Source: Botryllus schlosseri | Taxonomy: Eukaryota | Assembly: GCA_051294905.1 (NCBI GenBank) | Contig: CM119372.1 | Coordinates: 4,342,001 to 4,402,000 of the forward strand | DNA: 60,000 nt | Reading direction: 5' to 3' | Shown: positions 25,374 through 39,516 of the stretch, piece by piece | Numbering within the stretch: the stretch's first letter is position 1 | Layout of the letters: the number at the start of each line of letters is the position of its first letter | Notes under the pieces: generated by a model | What the model saw: the letters and a program-made list of their open reading frames with translations, nothing else | What the model was told of the DNA's origin: nothing | The model's database searches: none | Position numbers and translations under genes: made by a program

Positions 25374-27053
25374 TCAAGCTGCGGATGCTGGACTATTCGG
25401 CGTGGGTGATTTCGGCGCCTGGACAGTGGACATATCAATTTCGAACGTGCGGCGGCTATTTTCTTTCAGGGTTTTATTGGCGCCAATCATTTTGGTAGCG
25501 CACACTCCGCACGTAGTAGCTTGGTCGCTTGTTGGCCGAAACGTTACGTTTGGGTAGTGTCTCTTAGCATCTAATACATTACTGTAGAACAGGGTTTCTT
25601 AAAGTATGGGTCGCGAAGGGTGTAAATTTGGGTCGCGAACGCCCAAAGTTGTTGCTAAATTTCTGGCAAAAACAAAATTTCTTCTCGCTTCGCAAGTGCT
25701 GTTGAGTACTATAGCCAGTAAGCGAGACACGCGCAAAATAGTCGTTACTACAATGGAGTGATCGTGAAAATGTGCCGACCTTTGTATTACCCAAATTGGA
25801 TTGATGTCATGATAACATTTGTCTGACAATGGTTTCTATGGAAAGTGGAAAGGTCTAACTTTCGCAGATAATACTCGCGCAGGGTAGAGGGAGGGAGGGA
25901 AGCGCGCGGCCGTTATGTTTTTGTGAATACGCATAAATTACAGAAATGAATCCACTTTACTCGCAATTGTGAAACAACAGGATATTCCTAGTATCGCTTA
26001 ACGCCGCCGCAGACCGTTGGGCTACTTTAAACTTAGGGGTGCGCAACGGTATTTCGAGACTTCCCTTTCCGCCCGCGCCGGGACACATGAAGACATATGC
26101 GATAAAACCTTGGTCCAAAATGACCGTTGCTGGTTGGCCAAAACCTTCAATATTGATATGTCTGATCTTCGTATTGGTTGGCACCGAATATATCGTCTCG
26201 TCTTCGCAATCTCAGCCCGGCAGTACAAATGTGACCAACCGACGAAACTTTTGCACACCGATTTGAAATCGCGTGCGTCTTACATGTTTCATGTAGCTGC
26301 AACTGGTTGTCTACGCTTTCTATATCCCATGCATGCCAGTAAATTCGTAGCCCACTGACATTAAAATGCAATCATGACGATGCGTGAGGTTTTGGTCGCG
26401 GGATGAAATAACATTCAGATTTGTGTCGCGGTGCAAAAAGTTTAAGAACCCCTGCTATAGAATATAGATTACTGGCGCACAGAGTGATCTGTGCATCTAC
26501 AGAGTGTTAAAAGAACAATTCATTAAAATATAGTTTTTACACAGAACTAAAACATGATAATTAGAGCGATTTTTTTGACGTATCAAAATAAGTCAAAATT
26601 TTGTCAAAATTAAAGCGTTAGGTCAAAAAATTGTCAGAATTGTTTACAAAGTTTACAAAAAATTTTTGACCCCTGCATTTCCTTCGTATCGTAGATTTTG
26701 CACTGTCGGTGAACTTATCATTTGATATTTTACAACTTGTAGCCTACTTTATAGGCCTACCGTTGTAGACGGCCCATTGTCTGCTCATTGTGAATCATAA
26801 ACGGTCAAATGCAACAAATAGGTTGACATGGTGTTATGGTCAACGTACCGCAATATACGAACTGAAGCAAGACTGCTTGGGCATTGCATGGTTCTTATAT
26901 CAAGAAGCGCATGTTGAAAAATTGTTATGCAGACAACATTGTCAGAATGAAGCAACACGGTGTGTCACCACTCACCAGCAGGGTACGCACAACTTCAGTG
27001 TTGCCAGCCAACAACTGCTGCTGTTGAACGGTCTTTCTCCATACTTGGCAAGC
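25374..27053 (-). CDS. Hypothetical multi-exon gene fragment
   Basis: Short candidate exons with GT-AG ends near 27053-26976, 26780-26761, 26496-26473 and 25570-25374 (...QWAVYND|AQITLCAN|AKRHYPNVTFRPTSDQATTCGVCATKM...SPASAA*). Upstream phase unresolved. Confidence 0.3.
25590..26454. mobile_element. hAT-Charlie-like MITE
   Basis: Ends CAGGGTTTCTTAAA / TTTAAGAACCCCTG; TSD CTGTAGAA/CTATAGAA. Confidence 0.85.
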
Positions 27054-29162
27054 TACCCGATAATTTAGGAAAGTATCTTTCGTTGTACTACAACAAATTT
27101 TAATTATTTCTACCATAATACGTGATGTAACAACTGGAATTCTTCATATGGCCAGATTTCGCTAAAATAAAAATTTTTCGTGTAAAAGTTTGTCAGTTTT
27201 TAAGTCATAAACGTTTTTTCAAGTCAAACTACTTCGTCTGGACAGACAGTTCCAACCGGAAATGAAGACAAGTAGTACAATTTTGACATTATGTGCTACA
27301 ACATGTAATTTGCGTACGTGAGGTCAAAGTTTGGTCAAAGTTAAGTTTATTAGATCAAAAAATGCCAAAATTTTGATTTTTTAGTTCACAATCTTCCGTT
27401 TTTAGGTCAAATCGCCCAAATGATAATGAATATTTATTGTCAATCAGTGCGACTTCTGCTGATTCCTTTCAGGAGACTTCCGCTTTGAAGGTGTCATCGT
27501 ATTGTTTAGTTGAAACACAATAACGTGATACCAATTGCTTAATTGTAAACGAGCTTATTCATATTAAAGATAGAATTGAGTGTGTCTTTTAACCTACAGG
27601 GAATCCCTGAGACTGGCTCACGGAACCTTACTGTTCCATGCAGTCTCGGTTAACAGCCAATCAGGTCATCGACTTCATTCTTGTACCAAATCATACTTGC
27701 ACACCAATCCTTGTTGAGATTTATCAGGGATGTAGCGGATTATGATTATACGTGCATGCAGGTGCAGGTGCACCTCAATTTCGCGCATTCTTATGGTGTT
27801 ACACGAAAGCAGAAGCCTTCTCACTGAGAATTCATGTGTTTGACTCGGTGTATTTGACTGAAAGTGCGTCTACTGACAAATCACGCACATTCTGTTGATA
27901 GATCGCCGATGAATAAGCGATAGCGTTTATTGACCGCGCGAATGTGAAATTATTTGAAACGGGCGTAGTCTAATCAGATCGAAACCGCGAAATGTGGTCG
28001 CGAGGAACTGAGAGGCGACTGAATCGATATAATTCACTGTTAAAACTGATTGACATCCCGCTTAGGGGTTGTTCGATACCGGATTATAGATTCCAGACTA
28101 TACAAAGAATCATTTGCTTATATCGGTTACGGTTCTGTCATCCGAGTATTTCCAGCCTGTATTTCCTTCCCAAGTGGAACGTGTTCAAGTTGATTGAATG
28201 TCGTTGTATCGATGCTACTAGACCTTTGGATTAGTTTGTTTGGGAATATGAATGTATAATTACCGGGACAGAAGCACAAACGAAACCAAATTTTTCACCG
28301 ATACCATAAGTGTTTCCCACTGTTTTCTTTCACGACGCTCGTACGGCTCACAAAAGTGGTGCCGAACGCCCCTCACCTCCATCTCCCGATGAAAAGTTGT
28401 TTGATTCATAGCGCTATATTGTCGTATATTGCGTTGATCTAACTAATTTATTCGCAGCCCGCTATTATGTACACAAGCAGTGACAACAATCGTGCAAGCT
28501 AACTTCACTTCCAAATCATAGTACATCGTTTCGATGCGACATGAGCTCAAAACTTCCTTATCCTCAACGTACATTCGTCTGAATTTGTGCTCATAACTAG
28601 CGCTCAAAAAGTATCACCGCAGAGGGCGTTGATTAAGGCTTTCAATTGTGATTACCATATTCTGGAAATCTGAAAAGAGGACACTTATTCAAAATTTTCA
28701 GACTTGCAAAATCGGACGAAAACCCTTAAAAATGGTACATTTTTCTACCATTTTTCCCACATCGTGGTCGGTTGACTAAAGAAGACAACTTTCACACTCA
28801 GCCTGACTAAAGAAAAAAAGGTCAACTTTCTCGCTCAGTGCGCAAAATACACTTTTTTCTTTCACATTATTAGGTAGGTGGTTGACTAAAGAAAAAGGTC
28901 AACTTTCCGGCTCAGCTCCCGAAATACCCGGCAGAGCGTTACTTAAGTGTTGATTTACTGTATATAAGTCGATTTTGCCATATATTTAACCAAAATTCCC
29001 AAAAAAGAGGACAAAACCTCAAAAAAGAGGACATTAGGGCGTCCTCCGAGGACACTTTCAAAAAATTAAAAAAGAGGACAAATCCTCTTAAAAGAGGACG
29101 TATGATAACCCTACTTTCAATGGAATGCGCCTGGTACGACCGTGAACGATGTGACCATATAT

Positions 29163-29425
29163 CGTCGCAGTGGAATCAAAGTGACTCATGTCCAGTTTTC
29201 AAATTTTGAAGGTCCATTTTCAAAACTTGAAAAAAATCAAGTTTTTGAAAAAAAAATAGATTTTTTTCGGCCGTATCTTGGCCATGGTTATGTCTGTTTC
29301 ATTAATTCGAAGTTAATCAGGGCCAATATATGGCTGAAAGAAGATGAAAACTTGACGTAAAGTCAATTTTCTTAAAATGAGTAAAATAGGCAATGGGCAT
29401 AAGTCACTTTGATTCCACTGCGACG
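29163..29425. mobile_element. Short MITE with CGTCGCAGTGG TIR and ATAT flanks (possibly Sola-like)
   Basis: Perfect inverted repeat ATATCGTCGCAGTGGAATCAAAGTGACT starting at 29159 and ending at 29429. Confidence 0.7.
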
Positions 29426-30871
29426 ATATTCATAAATCTTACTTTCGTAATAGAGAGAGCTATCAATTCACGGATTTTCCCAAACAGTGACCCATAGCTC
29501 ATAATTCCCGCGTTTACTCTGAGCGCCCCCTTCTTTTCTCAACGCCTAATTTGTAACTAGCACCCCCTTCGAAGTCAAAAACTCTCCCTGGGGCGCTGCC
29601 GACCACTTTGGAAACCATTGGACTACATTGGACTACACTGCTATGACCAACTACAAGTGGCCCGCGAGCCCACAGGTGAAGTATCACTGATCTACTGTAT
29701 GACTTTCTTCAATTCCTTGGTATCTTCTTTACAATCATTTCAACGTCCAATTATTGACAAAATACTTATTTCATTCAAATACAAGAATGATTTTAATGGG
29801 TTGCATTGACAAATTCGCAAGAGCATACAATATATCGTTACTACAGCTCATCTACGCTAAATGCGCTGCGATCAAAGGCGGAATGTCTTGGTTCTACTCT
29901 AACAGACAGTTGTACTTATCTGATCCTGAAATCAACTCGACCAGTCTCTCAAAACATACGACTCTTGCAACAACTTCCATCTCTAGTAGGGCAAACTCAT
30001 GCCAGGCTAACATGTACCGGTACATTCCCCCTCCTTCACTAGACAGTTCACTGACAGCCGTATATCTCACAACCATTAGCAAGCGCGGCGACTGCTGATG
30101 TAATCAATAATAATCAGGCTTCATTATCCACCGATTGATCCTTTGCAAATCCGTATCACAAATATTGCACTCTTTAAATGTATATATGGATGCGTAGATC
30201 CTGTCTAATGACGAATTTATACCACTTAAGCGCTAAAAATGGACCTAGATCAGACACGCATTGATTGCACGGCCGAAAGAGGTGGATCCGCCAAATGAAA
30301 ACCAGAAAGATCTAAAATGTTAGAAAAATCAGAAGTGGCGTTCCTCACGTTTCAAGTTTAAACGTTATCTTTCATCAGCTGTGCTGCACATGAATAATTC
30401 CAATTCCCTGCGCGTATATTTCATTCGGTAACAGCGAAAACGACATGGTTTCCGTCACCAGCGTGCTGAATGTAATATTCATCCAGCGGCGTGCATTCGA
30501 CTATTTAAAACCACACCTTACTTCATACATTCTTTCTGTTGTCATTTCGTGATACTATCTATCCGATATCCCGCCCAACGAAACCGAAATCTCGAAATCC
30601 GACCTAGGCAAAAAATGTTTTCGTAAATGTAGTGTAGTCGGATGTTTTTCTCACCTTTACGCAGTCATAATAAATTATGCATTACAAGTATTGCTCCTTG
30701 CCGAATTTCGCGCAACCCGAAGTTCATGAAACGTGAGAAAACACGAAGAGGGTTTCCGACGTGTCACGTAATCTATTTAGGTTCTTCGTCCATACATGAT
30801 CGATTTATGGGAGTGCAAACGGCCAGTATTATTAGTTGGTGACACAGTCTGTCACCTCGACAACTGAATAG

Positions 30872-31410
30872 TAGGGCTCTTCCAAAATGACTTTTTTTCT
30901 CAAACCGTACTGGCCACTTGATAAAATTGTTAGGCTACCTAATTTAAGCCTACACACCAAATATGGTTCAATTCCAACCAGCAGCCGCATTGCTACAGGA
31001 GAAGAAATTTTCTATTTACTATACAAAAATAAATAACAGAAAATTTGAAAATTTTCTCTTCACCCCATGAAAGTGTTAGATTGTCTATAGAAACGATGTT
31101 CACCAAATTTGGTTCAATTCCAAACAATGGAAGCGAAGTTTTTGCCGTCGAAAAATTTGGATTTGAACAAAATAATATTTACGGTGGGCACCATTATAAT
31201 AAATAATTAATGGATTGGTTACCGTAAATTTTCAAATTTTTTGTTATTTATTAATATATAATAAATAGAAACTTTCTTCTCCTGTAGCAATGCGGCTACT
31301 GCGGTTGGAATTGAACCAAATTTGATGTGTAGGCTTAAATTTGGTAGCCTAACAATTTTATCAAGTAGCCAGTACGATTTGAGAAGAAAAGTCACTTTCG
31401 AAGAGCCGTA
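30872..31410. mobile_element. Foldback TAGGGCT-family MITE
   Basis: About 180-bp imperfect inverted arms; perfect TSD CTGAATAG. Confidence 0.9.
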
Positions 31411-32973
31411 CTGAATAGTATATACTAACCGGGCCTAAGACAGAAGATTAATACTTGTCGCGCCCAAAATTGAACGACCTACACGCTGTATGTATTTAGT
31501 GAGATATAGGGCGAGGGTTGTTGCAGAGTTTTCGAGTCCGACTACATAAGTCCTACATTAGTGTAGGAGGCTTATCTATAGGCTCCTCCTGGCCAACTGA
31601 TCTTCGTGAGCGATGTGTTACAAAACCATGGAACAGTAGTTATTAACCGTTACTAAGGGGCGGAATACGCGTTTCCAACAAACTAACCTCACATTAAGCA
31701 TACTCGAGCTACATTATAGAAATCACGGGAACTTGCGCACGAAAATGAAATATTTCAAATAGCATTTTAACATGTATTTCTAGCTAGAAATCATCCAAAA
31801 AAAACTCACATAAAAATAAAAAAATTGATGCGTCCAGGTGAACTTCCTTTAAGATTCGCACCTAAAAATTGCAGAATTCTCTTAGGTCGAGAACCACTGG
31901 GCTATATAGGGAGAGTATATAGGCAATAGGCATAACCTGAAAGTCAAAGGTGGTAGGTAACTCCACAATTGCCCCGATCCTGGGTTCGGGGAGCGGTCGT
32001 TACGATATAACGTTTTGATGTGCGAAATATAGCAATCGACCCGGCAGTTGGGCGTCGGAAATGCCTAACTATAGACAGAATATTTAAAAGTTTCACAATG
32101 ATTGAGAGGACATCACAGGATTTGAGATTCGGATATATGCAAGTTCACATGAGTAGACTGCTTAGACTGCTATGTTGATAGGCTTCTGATGATGTCATTG
32201 CCCATGTGAAATATCTGGTTAGCGTTCTAGTATTTCCCAGGGTTAATACATAACCAATAGTTGCAATATAAATTTTGGCGGTACTGTAATATAAAGGCAA
32301 CATCGCCGAGCGGCTATAAACGTTGCTCCCTCGGCAGCATTGCTTATGCAACTATACGAATCGCATCACACAACTGCCTTCAATATACAATTGAATAATA
32401 TATACTCATATTGAAATAAACCCGAACATGTTCGGCTGTCACTCTTTAGGGGTGTTTGTCATGGTAATAGTAGGCCCTGACGAGTGTCTGTGTCAGCCGA
32501 CAACATTTAGGTTTATTTCAATATGAATATAGCCTATAATATTCAATCGTATATTGAAGTCTTTTACCTTCAAAAGTCTCTTCAGGCGACTCCCTATACT
32601 ACACAGCACTAGCTGATTAGATTTAAATTGTAGAAAACTGCACGCACAATGTTCAAACATGGTCGGCATTGGCTGAGTTCTTAGCTGTTCAATGGAGGGA
32701 TGATCATCTTGAAACAATGTAACACAGCTGTTACAAATAACGTTGCCGAATCTGGGTGTGCGAAAAAACGACAAAAAGACGAGATCAAGATCAAAACATC
32801 ATAAAATATTAATAAAATTATGTATGCATATGGAAAGAAATGAACACGATGTAGGGAAATCTTGGAGAGAACTTCACGCGGCCCGCAGGCTGCGAGTTCG
32901 TGTGCACTGATGTAGGTCTACCCAGCGGATATCTATAGTAGGTATAAATCCAGCTATTGAAATATATATATCA

Positions 32974-33510
32974 AGAGCTTCTTGGAGGTACAGAACTTCA
33001 ATATAAAATTGAATAGTGTATTCATACTGAAATAATCCCGAATATTTTCAACTGACACTCATCAGTGGTAATTGTTAGTAACTATAGTAGAGAATTAGAA
33101 AGAACATTGTATATCCACAACCGTATCACAAAATATGACGCCGCCGGCATGAAATTTCGAATCATCCGGGCGAAGAGAGCGATTAAGCTCAAGTTACGAT
33201 TTTTAGATATTACACACGAGTCCTTCTGTAGTCGCGTATTTGGTTGGCATGACCAGACGTGCTGGGCGTGGCCTACAGAAGGAGTTCGTGTATCATCTAG
33301 AAATAGTACATTGAGCTCAAGCGCTCTCTTCGTCCTGTTTATTCGAAATTTCATACCTGTGACGCCATATTTTCTGATACGATTGTTGATATACACAATG
33401 TTCTTTTCGATTCTCTACTATAGTTACGGATGATTACCACTGACGTGTGTCAGCCGAAAATATTCGGGCTCATTCCAATATGAATACAATATTCAATTGT
33501 ATATTGAAAG
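32974..33510. repeat. Palindromic repeat family G (TTCAATATACAATTGAATA arms)
   Basis: About 200-bp inverted arms; shorter copies near 2535-2711, 23973-24366, 32379-32558, 40055-40109, 44559-44746. Confidence 0.8.
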
Positions 33511-35655
33511 ATATAGGCCCTACCCTCGGAAACATGTGATACTTGATAGAAATTCCGATCTTGGTGTCAACGATGAAAACACAATCCTTAGCTTTCAAGC
33601 CAAAACGCGTCGTTACTGGTATTCTTTATTATCAAACACGTCTTAAACGAGCCTATAGATAATTCTAGTTGTCAACTTAGAGTAGACTAATGACAGGGAA
33701 ATGCCATCTAATTTGTTAAATGTTTCATTGCTGTAACTTCAATCTAATCTAGTCTCTTCGTTTCCAGAAAATGCTACAGAAGACCTGTATAGTGCGCAAT
33801 GAACTCAGGTTGCGGTACGGACATTTGATATTAACTCTGATATGATATGATATGATATGAATTGAACTCGATTCATTGTCCAAGTTTTCGCGAATTCGGT
33901 AATGCTAATTCTGAAAAATGTGTGGCTATAATTTAACTTCAATTCTAATCTAATTTACGAAATCTGGATGTTTCCAAATTGTCCAAGTCTGCATCACAGC
34001 GCGACAAAATCTCGAATATCCGCGCGCCGAAGATCTTCACCCATTTGGCATCATAATGCCGCATTTTTCTGCGAATCGATTTTCTCTGATCCCATTCCAA
34101 ATCGTATTGATTCACGTGTCGTACTTGAATGCTTACAGATTATGTTGTAAATAGGGACGCCTCATCGTGCCACAGTATTCTATCGGATACAGTTTCACGT
34201 TTAATGCCCACTACAATTAAGAAATCTCATACGCTCGATCCTCATCTGCTTCGTTCCGAAAGATAGCACTCACTATGATAACATATAGATCTCATCTCTT
34301 TAATTCAGCGCACAAAAGGGTCATTGAAAATATACGAATCGGGCTTAACTAAGTGCACGCCAACAAAGAATGCCCCATTGGCAATCAAGGCCCTGATCTT
34401 CTCGAAGGTCGCGACTGGACGGGAACGCTGCATTCGGGTGATGGAGATGGCATTACAGCAAAACCTCAAACGCCGCTACTACATTATTTACAATAATCCT
34501 GTATGCGTAAGCTAGAATCCACGTAGTGGTGTATTGTTTTATATCGTATTGATTTATGCGTTTTCTATTTGCAAGTTTTTATATAAGCTGCCAGATAGAG
34601 AATTGGAAGGATATTCAGCATCTGTGTTTATCGCCTTATTGGCCGATTTTCGGATGACAAATGCTGTAACGTCACGATGCGTTTTCATCGACTTCTGAAA
34701 GAAAGCAATACCTTTTTTTGGACCACTGACATTGGATTACATCTCAATTGCAGTAACACCTTTAGCCTCCGCCTGATCTCCAAACAACAACAAGGGATGT
34801 ACGTACAATACAAATATGTACCAGTTTATTAAAAGCTCGCCAAACTGCCACAAGATACCTTACAGAACAAACTCCATATATCATATCCCAAACGTATTTA
34901 ATATACAACAGCTGTGTAAGCAAAATTGAATTATGAAGCATGTTCAACTCAGAACTCAATAGCTTATAGATCATACAATTTAGGTGTAGGTATAGATACA
35001 TCTGCAACTTGACCTGCGAGCATGCATTTTCCGTCGTTATCGTTATCGGTAATACATAAACTTTCTTCTCAAGTAAGATGTTCACATACTGCTGCAACGT
35101 TTTGCAAGATGCAAAGCGCTCCTTTTTCAAGCTTGCTCCGTGATGCCGACATTACCCATGAACGAAATATTGCTATTTTGCAGAAAGATGACGGTGTACT
35201 ATGCAAGACGTAATCTATAAGCCGCCCAGCTTTTAATCAACTTTTCGTTAACCGATGTTCCATCTTTCGGCCATCCCAAATGACGACAGAGTGCCTCTCC
35301 GCCACGCATTTTTCTGACCTGGGATCAAAACCACAGCATTGGCGTAGCCAGGGAGGGGCGAAAGGGGCGATCGCCCCCCAAAAAAAAATTTTTGGAAAAT
35401 TTTCGTAAAATCAATAAATATTTCAGTATTGTGGGGCAGATGAACGCAACCTAAAAATTTTCTTCGCGCTTTGCGCGATTTGGAGTCCATCGATGTCTTG
35501 ATTTTATCGGTTTACCGAAAAAAAAAATCCGAAAATAATCATAATTCAGTTTAGCTGCATTTTCAATTATGAGAATACAACAGTACCAGTAGATACACTT
35601 GAATAGCCCGAGGTCGTTGGGTTGATTGAGTCTAGGGGTTTCAGTTCCGTATGGG

Positions 35656-36063
35656 TAGGCTTACCATATTTTGGAAATGTAAAAAGAGGACACTTTTTCA
35701 GAAATTTCAGACATGCAAAACTGGAGAAGAATTCTCAAAAACCGGTAAATAAAAAAGGTCATCACTTCTCAAAATAACGTATTTCTCTCTACATTGCCAG
35801 GTGGATGACTAAAAAAAAAAAGGTCTTCTTTTCGCGCTCAGGGCTTAAAAATCACCACTTTTCCCTCCGAAATACCCGCCGCAGCTTCACTTCTGCGCTA
35901 ATTTACGGCATATCACTCGCGATTTGCTCTAAATCTGACCTACATTTTCAAAATAGAGGACAAAATCTCAAAAAAGAGGACAAAAGGGCGTCCTCCGAGG
36001 ACACTTTCAAAAAAGTCAAAAAAGAGGACAAATCCTCTTAAAAGAGGACGTATGGTAAGCCTA
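35656..36063. mobile_element. TAGG(G/C)TTACCATA-family hAT-like MITE (AAAGAGGAC motifs)
   Basis: TIR TAGGCTTACCATA; TSD CGTATGGG/AGTATGGG. Copies near 28648-29113, 40506-40877, 45527-45919 and 55260-55630 (reverse). Confidence 0.85.
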
Positions 36064-36763
36064 AGTATGGGGGGACTATTAGTACCGGCAATTTCCGTTC
36101 CGGGACAGACGAAGACATAAATACGACTGGCACAGGAAAATATCGCTACCTCCCGTTGTTAAAAAGTGCCAATTTGAAATCGCACGAGTTTGATCCAAGT
36201 ATTTTTTTAAATTTGGTCCGATATGTATCAGTGATTCCAATCTTTAAAGTAGCGTCAATCTTTACCAGAGGTTACTAAGCAACCCTGCTTCAACTAAGTA
36301 ATTATTCAGAATGGACACCACTTGCTCATATACATGCACCGATATTATTGATCAAATTCATTCATTTATTCAAAACAATTTTGCGCTCCGCGCGACTAGG
36401 CTCGAAATTCACACTGATTTTTCATCATCTAATGTCAGCGATTTGTGCTCGTCCGTCCATCGATCTCCTAATACAAGCTATAGCCTACTTGGAACTGGAA
36501 GCTTTCATAGGGTGTGTCTGTGCGTCTAAGAATCGCATGTATAATGGGTAGTGATGAAATTGCCCATGGAAGGATATACGATCCCATGAGGTGTCCCCTC
36601 TCCCCCACAAAAAAAATGTTTTTCTGGCTACGACCTTGAGTGTGGGCGATCTTTTGAGTGGAGACAGCTTTCTCCGCAAGTCATGAAGTAACTACAGCAA
36701 TAAATGAAAACTGTCCCGCCCGGCGCATACCTTCTAGCAACTCATAAATGGTCATGCCGTGTG

Positions 36764-37720
36764 CAGGACCGCAACTGCCGCACCCCCAATCCCCCAATTG
36801 GGGGCGAGCTTGAGCCCAAGGGGTAATTATTTTCGTAAATTAACATATATTATAGAGTATTTTTTTGAAAATTTATGCGACTTTTTCAAAAAATTTTCGC
36901 GCTATACGCGATTTCAACTTGCCAAATATCTTGATTTTTGGGTACTTTTCCCCCAAGAAAAAATACGCAACATTTATAGAAATGGGCATGTCGGCGTTGG
37001 CCATACCAGCGCCACGATTTAGCAAGACATATAAAGTTTTAGGCCATGTAACATGCGACTCCAAGAAGTGTACCAGAACGATTAGCAGCGAGAAAACCTT
37101 GGCCGAAAAGTACTGCCCTTATGCTGATCGAAAACTTCGTTATATATACAAAATACATATAGGTTTAATTGTTCACAGGCGCCTAAATGACTGGCGCCGA
37201 ATGTTCCTGTCTTGGCAATCTCAACCTCACAAGACAAATACCATCGCGCAGGGAAAAATTATATGCAGTGAAGAAATAACAATTTGAAATCGTGTGCGTC
37301 TTTTAGTTTAGTAGCCTACGTTTGGGCGATTCTATATTTTCTGATATAGCTGACAGGAGGTCACGAAATAACATCATGTTACGGAGTCATACCAATGGAC
37401 CCTACAGTTCCAAGACACCTCACTCAGTTCTACCAGTAAATCTGATTATGTGAGCAGAGAGAGGATAAAAATTGATAGCAATATATATGCAATTCCCGAT
37501 CATATTGACCGATTCAATCAAGAATTATAGAAATTTTTCGCGCTTCGCGCGACTAGGCGAGATAAGCTGCCTCAGTGAACGGCCCCCAATCTAGATGACA
37601 AGTTTCGGTAAACAGCGGATAGCCTGAGGGGGGCGAAGCCCCCCAGAAGTTCGGCTTATCGTCATCTGGGGGTCCAAGACCAACGTTGGGGGGGTGGCTG
37701 ACGAAGTGCTGACGGTCCTA
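36764..37720 (-). mobile_element. Family A element, shorter variant
   Basis: Reverse complement of the 10085 copy, lacking one internal ~400-bp unit; TSD not recognisable. Confidence 0.85.
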
Positions 37721-38225
37721 TATGAGCATGAACAATGAACATGCAGTTCCAGTTGCATAATTGAGTGCCCCTGAATATTCGATGACACCATTTCTATCAG
37801 CCTTACCGGTAAATCTGATAATGAAAACGTATTTGCAATAAGCAAGTAACAATATAATGAAACAATTTCATTCAGTAACCTCGAAAAATCTGCGCGCTTC
37901 GCGCGAAAGTGTTGGCGCCCGAGTTTTCCATGATCATATTATTATAACATCACTTTATATCTGTGAGTGGAATATATGTGTAACGATCGCCCCGGATGTT
38001 GTGGCAATCATCCAATAAGGGCCCAAGACCATCGTTTTTCCACCTATTTTTTCTTATCTTCAAGGGGGGGGGTCTTTTACGTCATCGAATTTTTCGCCCC
38101 CCCCCCCCAAATATTTTTTCTGGCTACGCCCTTGGGTTGAGAATTTCACACAAAAGTATATTCACTATTGCAGCCGTTCTTAACCGGGGTTCGCCGGAGG
38201 TCAAGACACACGCGACTCATACAGT

Positions 38226-39516
38226 CAGGGCCGTAACAGCACTTCGTCAGGCCCCCCAAAAAAACGTTGGTCTTGGGCCCCCCATAGGGTTATAGACCGA
38301 ACTTCTGGGGGGCTTCGCCCCTCAGACCCCCCTCCGGTGATACCCTGCTTTCCGCTATTTATCGTATTCGTTGGGATTTTGTTTAGTGAATCAGCTTTTG
38401 TCACCTAGCGCGCGAAGCGCTGGAAATTTCTAGAATTCATGACTGAATCGGTCAGTATGATCGGGAATTGCATATATATTGTTATCAATTTTTATCTTCT
38501 CTCTGCTCACGTAATCAGATTTGCCGGTAGAGCTGAGTGACGTGTGTTTGAAAAGATAGGACCACTCAATAATAATTAAACATGTTCGGGCGTATACCCG
38601 TTGGCAGGAACGAAACAGCACCTCGTCAGGCCCCAAAAACGTGGCTCTTGGGCTCCCATAGGGTGATGAAACGACCCCTCCATCACGCGTTGTTCGCGTT
38701 TGTCACGAAATCATCTGTACTGTATTGTGATCCAGCGCTAGGCGCGAAAATTTTCGATAATTTATGATAAAATCGGTCAATCAGATCGGCGATTGCATAT
38801 ATATTATGCTATCAATTCATTGTCCTCTCTACTCACGTAATTAGATTTACCGGTAGAGCTGAGTGAAGTGTCTGGAAAACGGGAGGGCCCGTGAATAATA
38901 ATTAAACATCTTCGGGCGGGCGGACCCGTTGATATGACTTCGTTACATGATGTTATTTCGTGACTTCCATGCAGTCAAAAAATATAGAATCGCCCTAACG
39001 TAGGCTTCTAGACTAAGAGACGCACACGATTTCAAATTGATATTTCTTCACTGGCATAAAATGTTTCCCAGCGGGATGGTATTTGTCTTGTGAGGTTCAG
39101 ATTGCAAAGACAGGAACATTCGGCGCCAGTCATTTAGGCGCCTATGGACAATTAAACCTAGATGTATTTTGTATATATAACGAGGTCTTCGGTCAGCATA
39201 AGGGCATAGACCTTTTCGGCCAAGGTTTTCTCGCTGCCGATCGTTCTGGTACACTTCTTGGAGCCGCATGTTATATGGACTAAAACTAGATTGTATGTCT
39301 TGGTGGGTCGTGGCGCGGTAAGAGCCCAATACCCGATAATAAAGATAAATGGCTATAGTTGAATTCGCGAATTCGAAAAAATTTTGAAAAGTTGCATGAA
39401 TTTTCAAAAAATACTCTATGATTTATGCTAATTCACGAAATAATTTTGGGCCCCCTTCGAGCTCGCCCCCCTCCCCCCCCAATTGGGAGGTTTGGGGTGC
39501 GGCAGTTACGTTGCTG
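38226..39516 (+). mobile_element. Family A element
   Basis: Ends CAGGGCCGTAAC / GTTACGTTGCTG; perfect TSD CATACAGT. Confidence 0.92.

Noticed and set aside
26840..27053. Selenocysteine from a TG|A splice junction after CVPC
   Set aside because: Exon frame is ambiguous, with no selenoprotein homology and no SECIS recognised.
27450..35250. Scattered short ORFs in unique islands (27.7, 28.1, 29.9, 32.6, 34.4, 35.0 kb)
   Set aside because: May be exons, but no consistent phase path or recognisable homology could be built by eye.
36759..37287. Recurring ORFs (also 10298-11273, 39048-39407, 52773-53754) as a gene family
   Set aside because: All lie within family A copies, frames break differently in each copy, and no transposase motif is present.
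35337..38134. One large CATTGGCGTAGCCAG element enclosing 35.3-38.1 kb
   Set aside because: Two candidate right ends (36638, 38134), and neither gives a matching TSD, so the boundaries are unsupported.
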